From the NCBI RefSeq assembly GCF_001194135.2, contig NC_068981.1:3539705-3574753 (forward strand): DNA of 35,049 nt, given 5' to 3'. Below the pieces are notes generated by a model, which made no database searches, was not told the origin of the DNA, and saw only the letters and a list, made by a program, of their open reading frames with translations. Position numbers and translations under genes: made by a program. Source of the DNA: Octopus bimaculoides (Eukaryota). Each line of letters begins with the position of its first letter. Position 1 is the stretch's first letter. Below, in pieces: positions 10,390-20,825 of the stretch.

Positions 10390-11700
10390 ACTGAGAGTTG
10401 GTAACTTTGGCTTCCATTTGCCAATGCAGGCTTCATGGTGCGAACTGCCAGAGGCCATTTATAGGACACCATAGAAAACTGGTAGGTTGTAAGGGAAGCA
10501 ACAGGTTCAAAATTCTTCAGCAAGGAGTCTATCTTGAATTACTCTTCTATGTTGCAATCGTTGACTGGCATAATTTTCCAGGTCAATCACTTGAAAATGA
10601 TCCAAGAAAAATGTTCTTGTGTGACAACAGCTAGAAATCACTGTAGATTTTTTTTTTTTGTTGATGAATACTTTGGCTTCTTTTAGTATATACGGTTTCT
10701 TGACCAGGTAGAATCTGTAATTACACAAATAATTAGACCAAAGGGGAGTTTTATCAACAATGTTCCAGGTTAGAAAAGGGTTCTTGTGAACTTGCTTCCT
10801 GATATCTCAGACAAAACAAGACAGTGAAGTAGAGTTTACCCTGTTTCTATTCCTAATGGAGTGCAGATGCTGGCTGTGTTGTTTCTAGAAGTCATTATCA
10901 GTAAGTCCCATATTGCTCTGGTAGAATGAGGGTTTATTAATATACCAAGGCTGTGGAAAGACAGAATCTCCTAAACAAAGTAGTGGCTTGATTTTGACAT
11001 GGAGACTTGTTCGTGTGATGTTGGAAGTGATATTGTTTAGGCAAAAGTAGCTAACGTTAAGGATGTGTGTGTTAAAGAGTCTATAGTATTTGTGTAATCA
11101 GAAAATGGCTCTTTCTGTGAGATAGAAACTTCCTTGCTTTATTTGTAGTGATGCTTAAGTTAATGGAATTTGTGTTTGTGAGTGTGAATGAGATTCTTTG
11201 CTGCTTCTGAACTCTCCTTGAATGTAAAGTGGATCAGAGATTCTCCATACAAACTAACTTCTAAGCAAAACATCTCCTGGCAAGCTTCTCCTTAAAGTAG
11301 AGGGCTGTTTTATTGACAATTACAATATTGGAGAATAAGTTGCTACCATATTTCTAAATATAGTTGGGGTGATTGGAGATTTTGTGGATATATACAGTGT
11401 TTCCTTGTTTTTCTTTTTTCAGAAGTAATGCTTACTTGTTTTCTGATCTAAGAAACAAAAATAGGAAGTCAGCTAGCTCTTGTTTCTAGAAATTGGTAAA
11501 TTATCTGTTGATAGGTGCTAATGCCTGCCAAACAGATAATAATTCATGAAGTGCACAGAGAACATCAAGAATCCAAACAATAATGTAGCTATTCGTTCTT
11601 AATATCTTCTGGCAGATCTCAATGTAGAAACTTGGTTAATGTTAAGAATCATGGGTGTAATGAACGTGTATGATCTAACAGTGGGAGATGTTTTCTGATT
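10390..11700 (-). mobile_element. Possible highly decayed LINE RT region (CR1/L2-like)
   Basis: Only scattered motif echoes on the minus strand (LATFA near 11030-11050, PLWS near 10735-10750); no clean frame. Confidence 0.3.
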
Positions 11701-12339
11701 ATGAAAAACAACAGCAATCAGATACTCGCATTTGATTCTACCAGAAACATGTTAAGAATGAATAGATATATCATTATTTTGTTTCAACATTTCTCAAGAA
11801 AAGGGAAAGGTTAAATTCCGTTATTGTCAAACAAGTTAATGATTTAACTGGACTTATTAAATTACTCTTTCGTTGTTAATGATATATTTTCTGCTCTGAT
11901 TAACAATAATAGTGTTAAAAAATTTGCTATTCACTGAAAATCCCCACATTTAATGGAGTTTAGTTCACAAAAGAATGAGTAACAAACAACGACTGTGCTG
12001 TGTGCAAATCTAACTGAAAAACTTGCAAAACAAGATGAAAGAAAATTATCAATTAAATATATCATTTTTTAAAAAAATTTTTTTCAGAATACATAGCAAG
12101 TTTGTTGAAGTTTTCATGTGTTTTTAACATAGTGTACTTGATTTGATGTTTTAGCCTGAGCTTAAAGTACTTTTGCTAAGAACTCTGGAGCAACTCTGCC
12201 ACCAGTGTGTCAATTTTTGCATTTAATACAGGATGAAACAGAAAAATCTCCCATATTCGATACAGCTATTGCTGTAGTACTGGTGAAGTTAGGAAGACGA
12301 TAATGATGGCTTCATGTAGCTAATGTTTTCTCCATCTTT

Positions 12340-12515
12340 TTGTTATTTCATCTGTCTTTATGTTCTGAGTTCAAATTCCGCTAAGGTGGACTTTGCCTTT
12401 CATCCTTCCAGGTTCATTGAAATAAGTTCCAGCTGAGTACAGGGGTCAATGTAATCGACTAGACCCTTCCCCTAAATTTCAGGCTTTCTCCCTATTGTAG
12501 AACAGATAGTTATTT
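12340..12515 (+). mobile_element. tRNA-derived SINE, family B (Deu/Nin-like domain), 5' decayed
   Basis: gttctgagttcaaattccgctaaggtggactttgcctttcatccttccaggttcattgaaataagttccag. Confidence 0.8.
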
Positions 12516-12574
12516 CTTGTTTCCTTAAATTATATCTTTTTTAATTGTACCTATTTGTTGTTGTTGTTGTTGTT

Positions 12575-12870
12575 TGTTCCTTCTCGAGCCATGCCAGGCT
12601 CATAAGGGGCCAGTTTCCTGGTTACATTGGCGTACAGGTTCCCCACCTGGACGGGACGCTGGTTCATCGCAGGTGAGCTGCCAGGTGCAGGAGGAGGAAA
12701 GAGTGAGAGAAAGTTGGGGGCGAAAGAGTCAGCAGAGGTTCACTGTTAACTTCTGCCGGAGCCACATGAAGCTTAGGTATTTCGCTCATAAACACACACA
12801 TCGCCCGATCTGAGATTCGAACTCGTGATCCCTCGACCACAAGCCTGCTGCTCTAACCACTAGGCCATGT
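12575..12870 (-). mobile_element. tRNA-derived SINE, family C head, with an alternative tail and a (CAA)n end
   Basis: Minus-strand head tggcctagtggttagagcagc...gagttcgaatctc; middle ctttctctcactctttcct shared with 19889-20280; tail cctgcgatgaaccagcgtcccgtccagg...atgagcctggcatggctcgagaagg. Confidence 0.85.
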
Positions 12871-12943
12871 GCTTCCACGAACATATTTTTTTTGTGAAAT
12901 TATTTTGTGGCAACTTTACAATATCTAAAATAGCACAATATAT

Positions 12944-13153
12944 TGGCTTCAAATTTTGGCACAAAGCCAGCAATTTCAGGGGAGGGGACAAGTTGATTAC
13001 ATCGACTCCAGTACATGACTGGTACTTGTTTTATCAACCCCAAAAAGATGAAAGGCAAAGTCAGACTCAGCAGAACTTGAACTCAGAACAAACACAGATG
13101 AAATGCCAATAAGCACTTTTCTCAGCATGCTAATGGTTCTGCCAGCTTACCAC

Positions 13154-13195
<42 letters not shown>

Positions 13196-13459
13196 AATAA
13201 TAATAATAATTAGAATAATAATAATAACAATAATGATAATAATAATAATCCTTTCTCCTATATGCACCAGGCCTGAAATTTGGGGGAGGGGGAGAGTCGA
13301 TTAGATCGACCCCAGTACATAACTGGTACTTGATTTATCGACCCCGAAGGGATGAAAGGCAAATTCGACCTCGGTGGAATTTGAACTCACAATGCAGTGA
13401 CAAGCGAAATAGCGCTTAGCATTTCTCCTGGCTTGCTAATATTCTGCCAGCTCACCGCC

Positions 13460-13551
<92 letters not shown>

Positions 13552-13675
13552 TTCTACTAAAGGCATAAGGCATGAAATTTGGGGTGCGGGGACTAGGTGA
13601 TCACATCAACCCCAATGTTTCACTGGTATTCAATTTATTGACCCTGAAAGGATGAAAGGCAAAGTTGACCTCAGT
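12944..13675 (-). mobile_element. Three head-to-tail family B SINEs (12944-13155, 13250-13460, 13551-13675) separated by (GAT)n/(AAT)n tracts
   Basis: Each contains gatgaaaggcaaa(g/t)t, the reverse of gcctttcatc; (AAT)30 lies at 13461-13550. Confidence 0.9.
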
Positions 13676-14182
13676 GAATAATAAATATAATAATAATGAT
13701 AATAATAATTATAGATTTTGATAAATTTCAAAGCAGAAATCAAATGACAAAGCTAAAAGGGAAAAGAAATGTGAAAATTTGCACGTTTGGTGAAAAAATG
13801 ACAGCCATGTCACTCGACAGAAGACGTCTGCAATGCGTTCGTTGTATGATTAGATGGAAAATAAGGTTAAGGTGAGAGAAAGTGTCAACTGAATCATTAA
13901 TACAGCTTGTAAGGGACACCATAGATATAATTTAATAACTTGCTGAGTTGAAGCCTCAAACCAATCAATTTTAATTAGAGACGTATTTCATCTTATTTAT
14001 GCTTCTTACCATTCTCAAGAAAGACTAGCAGTAGATATCAAGTGATTCTCATATTAATTCCTAATATGATTCAAGGTAGAGGAGTAGATATAGAAGTGTA
14101 TCAGGCGAAAGGAATTTCATCATTGAGTTACATATCTCAACATCATGAGTTCAAACCTGGGCAGAGACATTTCCATTTCTTT

Positions 14183-14378
14183 GCAGTTCTATATTTAAGA
14201 GATGAGGAATTATGTACATTATTTACATTGGATGGATATTTGTCCTCATCTTGTTTGTTGTTAACGTTTCGACTGATATACCCTCCAACCTTCATCAGGT
14301 GTCTTGGGGAAATTTCGAACCTGGGTTCTCATTCCTAAGGTATTTTTTGATGCTATTATTATTATTATTATTATTATC

Positions 14379-14409
<31 letters not shown>

Positions 14410-14480
14410 TCACTGCTGGAATCGAACTTGGAATCTTAGGGTTAGTAGCCCACGCTCTTAACCACTACGCCATATGCCTG
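14183..14480 (-). mobile_element. tRNA-headed SINE-like element with an internal (AAT)n tract and a hammerhead-containing 3' region
   Basis: Minus strand: A-box TGGCGTAGTGG, anticodon-like arm GGG-CTACTAA-CCC, B-box GTTCGATTCC (about 14410-14475), (AAT)n at about 14354-14405, then a hammerhead core at 14263-14298. Confidence 0.8.
14258..14302 (-). ncRNA. Minimal type-I hammerhead ribozyme motif; stem I is broken in this copy
   Basis: acac-CTGATGA-A-GGTTG gagggtatat CAGTC-GAAAC-GTT: canonical CUGAUGA and GAAA core, 5-bp stem II with two G-U pairs, ACGT palindrome. Confidence 0.7.
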
Positions 14481-14889
14481 TGGGCATTTATGGAGTGATT
14501 TTTAGGGGTCTTCTTTAGTTTTTCCCTTAATCCTTTGGAACAATGAATGTGATGAGAGACTAAATCAGTTGATGCTGGAAAAATGAAGGTAATTTTAGAG
14601 AAATGAGAGAAGTTGAAGGAAATTGTAGAGACTGTAAGTTAGAGTACCTGGACGTCTGGTGTGATGGACAAGGTGGTGGTTTGGTAGAGCCATTGGTGAG
14701 AGAATGACCAGTGACATTCATTCTAGGTCTCTGAGTTCAAATTCCAGCAAGCTCAAATTCTTTTAAGACTATCTCTCGTTTGAGTGAGGGGCAAAAGTGT
14801 TGTAAAAGCTTTTGTCACTTAAATTCAGTGACATAGCCGTCAACTGACAAAATGAGGCAATCATCATCATCATCATACACAGAAACACA

Positions 14890-15113
14890 CATGAGGGGGT
14901 GCTGAAAAGTTCTTGGCTTTAAAAGTATTGTGAAAGGCCTTGTTGGAGGCCCAAGCTTTGAAGTTCTTTTACAACACTTAGAAAAACTGAAGGACCACTG
15001 CAATAAGTGTGTGAATCTGAGATGGGAAGAATATGTTGAATAAAATCATAATTAACTGATCCTCCTCTATTTTCTCTTACCTAAAGCCAGGAACTTTTTA
15101 GCATCCCCTCATA
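14890..15113. mobile_element. Mariner-type MITE
   Basis: TIRs catgagggggtgctgaaaagttcttggcttta and taaagccaggaactttttagcatcccctcata, followed by TA. Confidence 0.85.
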
Positions 15114-15115
15114 TA

Positions 15116-15267
15116 CAGAGTGTCCACGAAGTCTGGGTACATGGAATAAATAAAATTATAACGTAAACAATTAAATATAAGAAATAATAATTTCTTAAAG
15201 TATGTGTTAATCCCCATGTGGCTACATGGAGCAAATAAATTCATAAGATAAACAATTGTGGACACCT

Positions 15268-15269
<2 letters not shown>
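15116..15269. mobile_element. Tc1/mariner-type MITE
   Basis: ta-cagagtgtccac ... gtggacaccttg, followed by a TA-rich flank. Confidence 0.65.
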
Positions 15270-15308
<39 letters not shown>

Positions 15309-15373
15309 CTCTACCTCTGGTATTTGAGTACTCTTTTTTCCACCTTGTTGCACATTTCATGTGCTTACTCCGG

Positions 15374-15404
<31 letters not shown>

Positions 15405-15473
15405 TTAGGGAAAAGAACCAAGGTTCAATCAACTTTAATTGAGTTTTTACCTGTAAATTTGGATTTTTATCCC

Positions 15474-15520
<47 letters not shown>

Positions 15521-16489
15521 TATTTATATTATTATATGATTGAACGCCACGCATTCTCTTTCAAGTAAGTTTTATCTATCTATATNNNNNNNNNNNNNNN
15601 NNNNNNNNNNNNNNNNNNNNNNNNNNNNNNNNNNNNNNNNNNNNNNNNNNNNNNNNNNNNNNNNNNNNNNNNNNNNNNNNNNNNNNNNNNNNNNNNNNNN
15701 NNNNNNNNNNNNNNNNNNNNNNNNNNNNNNNNNNNNNNNNNNNNNNNNNNNNNNNNNNNNNNNNNNNNNNNNNNNNNNNNNNNNNNNNNNNNNNNNNNNN
15801 NNNNNNNNNNNNNNNNNNNNNNNNNNNNNNNNNNNNNNNNNNNNNNNNNNNNNNNNNNNNNNNNNNNNNNNNNNNNNNNNNNNNNNNNNNNNNNNNNNNN
15901 NNNNNNNNNNNNNNNNNNNNNNNNNNNNNNNNNNNNNNNNNNNNNNNNNNNNNNNTGTTAACATGAAATCTAGACCAATCATAAACCCATAATGAAACCA
16001 AACTGTTAAATCAATTAATTAATTAATTAATTAATTAATCTATCTGTGCATGATAGTGTCTTGGTTTATATTCAGGTATAATTGCTAATTCACAGTTCAA
16101 AGTTCACATAAATTTATCAGCTGTTTTTGATCATCAGATTTGATAAGCAACCATTTTGGAAAAGCGTTGTACCAGGAGATAGCTGGCTTACAATCACTGA
16201 ATTAATAAAAATATTGAGCAACACATGATAAATGTGTGTTAATCAGTTTTTTTTTGTTTTTTTTTTTTTCTGATTGACCTTTGTCATTTACTTTATGTGA
16301 CATGGCAGTAAATATAAATAACTATTTCCTAATTCCAGTTTCTGATGTTGGTCATAACATTCCCATTTCGTTAGAATACAAGGAGAGAAATAATAAACCA
16401 AACTACATCGTTTTCTATATTCTATTGATTAGGGAGAAAGTGGGAAGCTGGAAGAATTGTTAACCTGTTAAGAAGGAAAAAATACCTTG

Positions 16490-16640
16490 CAGTGTTTCTT
16501 CTGGTGCTTTACATTCAGAGTTCAAATCCTGCCAAGGTCAACTTTGCCTTTCATCCTTTTGGAAAGAATAAAAGAAAGAACTAGTCAGCTACAAAGGCCA
16601 ATGGTATTGGCTGCCCAACTTCCACTCAAATTTGTTGGTA
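16490..16640 (+). mobile_element. Family B SINE fragment
   Basis: cagagttcaaatcctgccaaggtcaactttgcctttcatccttttgg. Confidence 0.7.
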
Positions 16641-17024
16641 TGGTACCTAAATCAGAAACCTTTAGCTCTTTAGCATTTAAACTGGCCATCTCCGGCCAAA
16701 ATATTCTGTTTTATTTTCAAACTGGCCAAATCTGGTCTCTCACTCCTACCCTACAATATGGTTCACCACTAGAGATGGAATCACTGCTATCTCTAGCTTT
16801 TGGGCATCTACCATTGACAAAACCAAGGAAGGCCGAGATCATGTGATCTGGTAGTCCTGGCACTGATTATCTTCCACTAGTGATATGAACAAGAGTATTT
16901 ATATGCACCAAAAGTCTATATGAAAGGTTCTCTCGTGGCAACTAATGCAGTATTCTGTGTTCTAACACAACATTCACTTTTAAGTGGGGATAAATATTAC
17001 CTTTTGGTATTAATGCTGCTTATA

Positions 17025-17250
17025 GGGCAGTGAGCAGACAGAATTGTTAACATTCTGGGCAAAATGGTGAGCGATATTTTGTCCATCTTTATGTTCTGAG
17101 TTTAAATCCAGCTGAGGTCAGCTTTGTCTATCGTCCTTTACAGAGTCAACAGAATAAGTACCAGTTGAGTACTGGGGATCAATATAACCAGCTTTTCCTC
17201 CCCCACCAAAAAAGTTGCTGGCCTTGTGCCAAATTTTGAAACTAATATTA
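17025..17250 (+). mobile_element. Family B SINE
   Basis: gcagtgagcagacagaattgttaac...gttctgagtttaaatccagctgaggtcagctttgtctatcgtcc...gccttgtgccaaattttgaaac. Confidence 0.8.
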
Positions 17251-17599
17251 ATGCTGCTTCTGTTGCTATTAAAAAAAATTTTGCTTCTGTTTTTTTATTG
17301 TTTGCTTAGAGGAAGAAAATTGGGTCCATATCTTTTTATTTTTCCTTTTTTGGCTGGGCTTTTGTTAAGAATGAGCCTTTAACCCATGTTTTATTGGAAG
17401 CAATACATCTGGAGGCTTTGGCTAAAATCTTGCAATAGAATGAATTCCCTCTGAAGCCGTTCAACAAGCTGAACTGGTGCACTCGGACTGACAACCACAG
17501 AGATTCTGTTTATCAAATTTCACCTGCAAGACCTAAGATGAGTTGAGGCTTTGATGGAATGAGACCATTACCAAAAAGTAGTGCCTGTTACAATCAAAA

Positions 17600-18068
17600 T
17601 AGGCAACAACTGATTACACATGATTTTCCCACAGTCAGAATCGCTGAACCATGGAATAAACTACCTGCATCAGTTGTTAGCTATTAAGACACAACATCCT
17701 TCAAAACTTCCATGCTTCTTGAAATTACACCTGATGTCCTTCATACCCTGCACACCTGATATCCTTCATCCCTGTACACCTGATGTCATTCATCCCTGCA
17801 CACCTGATGTCCATCTCTGTACACCTTATGTCCCTCATCCTTGCATACCTGATGTCTTTCATACACATACACCCGATGTCCTTCATCCCTATTTCTTCTC
17901 CTAACAGTACACCTGATGTCTCTCACCCCCTGTTTCTTCTTCCATTTTTTTAAGCCCCATTCACTGTTCCCTTCCTGTGCATCATTCTATGCATTGTTCA
18001 TGCAGTTTTGCTTACTTCTGATGAATTGTAGCACACCCAAGCTCTGTATACAATAAGTTCATTATTAA
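17600..18068 (+). mobile_element. 3' end of the same CR1/L2 family as 1745-5400, in the opposite orientation
   Basis: HDFPTVRIAEPWNKLPASVVSY*DTTSFKTSMLLEI; the 3' UTR ends ctgatgaattgtag...aagttcattatt, comparable to ctgacgaactg...atgttcattata at the end of the minus-strand copy. Confidence 0.75.
17727..17932. repeat. 24-bp minisatellite of about 8 copies, consensus ACACCTGATGTCCTTCATCCCTG(C/T)
   Basis: Units start at 17727, 17752, 17776, 17800, 17821, 17845, 17869 and about 17909. Confidence 0.9.
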
Positions 18069-18099
18069 AATGAACTTGTTAATCACATGACCATACCTG

Positions 18100-18470
18100 C
18101 ATCATCATCATCATCATCATCGTTTAACGTCCGCTTTCCATGCTAGCATGGGTTGGACGATTTGACTGAGGACTGGTGAAACCAGATGGCAACACCAGGC
18201 TCCAGTCTGATTTGGCAGAGTTTCTACAGCTGAATGCCCTTCCAAACGCCAACCACTCAGAGAGTGTAGTGGGTGCTTTTACGTGTCACCCGCACGAAAA
18301 CGGCCACGCTCGAAATGGTGTCTTTTATGTGCCACCCGCACAAGCCAGTCCAGGGGCACTGGCAACGATCTCGCTCGAAAATCCTACGGGAGCCAGTCAG
18401 GCGGTACTGGCAACGGCCACGCTCAAAATGGTGCATCTCATGTGCCACCCGCACAAGAACCAGTCCAGGG
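18100..18470 (-). mobile_element. Short RTE-derived element with internal tandem duplications
   Basis: (cat)n-cgtttaacgtccgctttccatgctagcatggg head; atgtgccacccgcacaag...ccagtccaggggca at about 18328 and 18440; acggccacgctc(g/a)aaatggtg at about 18300 and 18414. Confidence 0.85.
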
Positions 18471-18745
18471 GCAATAAATTTGTATGGAACTGAAATAAGC
18501 AAAATGGTCTTTGTAACTATCAACCGAATACAATAAATCGGTAAAAGATTTATTCCGTTAACGTCTCAACGATTTTCTTCTATACAACTTTCATATCATC
18601 CGACAGGGCAATTAATTATTTTAAATGAGTTCAACTAGTTCCCATGACTACGGCAATCTACAGCCATTGCAGTAAATAATAAAACTTGATAGAAAGATCT
18701 GGAACTTAGTTTCGTTTTCTACTGCAGAAGGTCAGTGATGCATGT

Positions 18746-18747
<2 letters not shown>

Positions 18748-18798
<51 letters not shown>

Positions 18799-19500
18799 NN
18801 NNNNNNNNNNNNNNNNNNNNNNNNNNNNNNNNNNNNNNNNNNNNNNNNNNNNNNNNNNNNNNNNNNNNNNNNNNNNNNNNNNNNNNNNNNNNNNNNNNNN
18901 NNNNNNNNNNNNNNNNNNNNNNNNNNNNNNNNNNNNNNNNNNNNNNNNNNNNNNNNNNNNNNNNNNNNNNNNNNNNNNNNNNNNNNNNNNNNNNNNNNNN
19001 NNNNNNNNNNNNNNNNNNNNNNNNNNNNNNNNNNNNNNNNNNNNNNNNNNNNNNNNNNNNNNNNNNNNNNNNNNNNNNNNNNNNNNNNNNNNNNNNNNNN
19101 NNNNNNNNNNNNNNNNNNNNNNNNNNNNNNNNNNNNNNNNNNNNNNNNNNNNNNNNNNNNNNNNNNNNNNNNNNNNNNNNNNNNNNNNNNNNNNNNNNNN
19201 NNNNNNNNNNNNNNNNNNNNNNNNNNNNNNNNNNNNNNNNNNNNNNNNNNNNNNNNNNNNNNNNGGAGGAGGAGGAGGAGGAGGCAGAGGATGGCAATGG
19301 TGGTGGTGGTGGTGATACTGACAGCAAGAGTGATAGTCACAAAGGTTGTGGTGTTGGCAGTATTAGTGATGACGATGACGATAACGACATCAGCAAGGTA
19401 TGACGGAAATGGTATCAATAATGATGACAGTGATAGCGACGACGACGATGATGATGATGATGATACAACAACGAGTGCAGCAGCAACAACAACAACAGCA
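18748..19500. repeat. (GT)n tract, N-gap and compound trinucleotide tract (GGA/GGT/GAT/GAC/CAA)
   Basis: Read directly from the sequence. Confidence 0.9.
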
Positions 19501-19888
19501 AGGAAGACAAAGGAAATAACGAATATTTTCCGGAGTAGTTCGCTTCAGCCAGTTTTCAAAGGAGAGGGTAAGTCTGTTACATGACCCCAGTGTTCAACTG
19601 GTCCCTTTTTAGTTGGTCTCAAAAGAATGTAAAGTATAGTCAACCTTGGTGCATTTGAACTCAAAACATAAAACTGGAAGAACTTCTGCAAAACATTTTG
19701 TCTCGTGTTCTCATATTTCTGCCTTGATTAAATAAAATAATGGAATATGGTTTATAAACTTCTGTACAGAATTAGCTTCTGTTTGTCTTGCCAAATGCAG
19801 GGAAGGGCTGTCTGTAAAATACTGTTTGGTGAAAGGGATCCCTGAATTACAAAATATAGAGAATCATTGATATAGTACTATGAGCTAG

Positions 19889-20280
19889 TGGAGGTGCAAT
19901 GGCCCAGTGGTTAGGGCAGTGGACTCGCAGTCGTGATATCTCGGCTTTGATTCCCAGACCGGGCGTTGTGAGTGTTTAGTGAATGAAAACACCTAAAGCT
20001 CCACAAGGCTCTGGCAGGGTGTGGTGGTGAACCCTGCTGTATTCTTTCACCACAACTTTCTCTCACTCTTTCTTCCTGTTCCTGCTGTACCTGTATTTGA
20101 AAGGGTCCAGCCTTGTCACACTCTGTGTCACACCAAATCTCTCCAAGAACTACGTTAAGGGTACACGTGTCTGTGGAGTGCTCAGCCACTTGCACATTAA
20201 TTTCACGAGCAGGATGTTCTGTTGATCGGATCAACTGGAACCCTCATCGTCGTAACCAACAGAGTGCCACGACGACGATG
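19889..20280 (+). mobile_element. tRNA(Arg)-like SINE, family C, full length
   Basis: Head ggaggtgcaatggcccagtggttagggcagtggactcgcagtcg with a TCG-type loop; 3' stem-loop gttgatc-g-gatcaac; (gac)n end. Confidence 0.9.
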
Positions 20281-20554
20281 ACAGCTGTGAGCTAACCACT
20301 ACCACCACCACTGACAAGTGAAGAACCATAACTATATTTCATTTTCCAGTTGGTTTCAATTACTTGTTTTTAAATAGCAACCCAAATTATGTTTGGATTT
20401 TAAAATAGGAACCAAAACTTTGCAATAAACATGTTTTCAAGGAAATGAAATCCTAAAAAGTTGCATTTGTCCTTTTCCCTAAGTGGAATGGATTTATATC
20501 AGTTTCAGTGGTGAATATTCAGTTGTTCAATCAACTGAACTATTCAGCTCATAG

Positions 20555-20825
20555 AATTTAAGGTGCAAGTGGCTGAGTATTCCACAGTCATGTGTGTACC
20601 CTTAATGTAATTCTCACGTGGAATCAGCATAATACACTGTGACAAGTCTGAATCTTTGAATTACAGGTACCATCCATCCAGCAGGCTTCCATACAGTTTC
20701 CATTTACTTGATTTCACTTATAACCTGATGCTATGATAAAAAATACTTTTCCTTGATGCTTTGCAATGTGATTGAAATCAGGACTTCAGGATTGCAAAGT
20801 GAAGTACTTAACCATTCAGCCATAC
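20555..20825 (-). mobile_element. Decayed family C tail (20555-20670) and family A head (20690-20825) fragments
   Basis: gtgcaagtggctgagtattccacag...tgtacccttaatgta is the reverse of 20155-20200; gtacttaaccattcagcc is the reverse of a tRNA head. Confidence 0.6.

Noticed and set aside
12231-12303. Candidate exon DETEKSPIFDTAIAVVL
   Set aside because: Weak donor, unrecognised peptide and a short frame; consistent with chance.
14405-14480. Possible tRNA gene with ACT anticodon
   Set aside because: The acceptor stem is incomplete, no T-run terminator follows, and it continues into (AAT)n and a repeat tail; treated as a SINE head.
17727-17932. Spaced direct repeats resembling a CRISPR array
   Set aside because: These are contiguous degenerate 24-bp units without unique spacers, in a eukaryotic LINE UTR.
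18017-18030. CTGATGA in the CR1 3' UTR (and CTGACGA near 1770)
   Set aside because: No stem II or GAAA follows, so it is part of the LINE 3' end rather than a ribozyme.
18555-18607. Fourth hammerhead-like motif, minus strand (CGGATGA...GAGAC-GTT)
   Set aside because: Two core substitutions and poor pairing in stems I and II; chance cannot be excluded without homologues.
18719-19584. Acidic and Gly/Thr-rich ORFs
   Set aside because: Built from an N-gap plus compound trinucleotide repeats; no splice or domain support.
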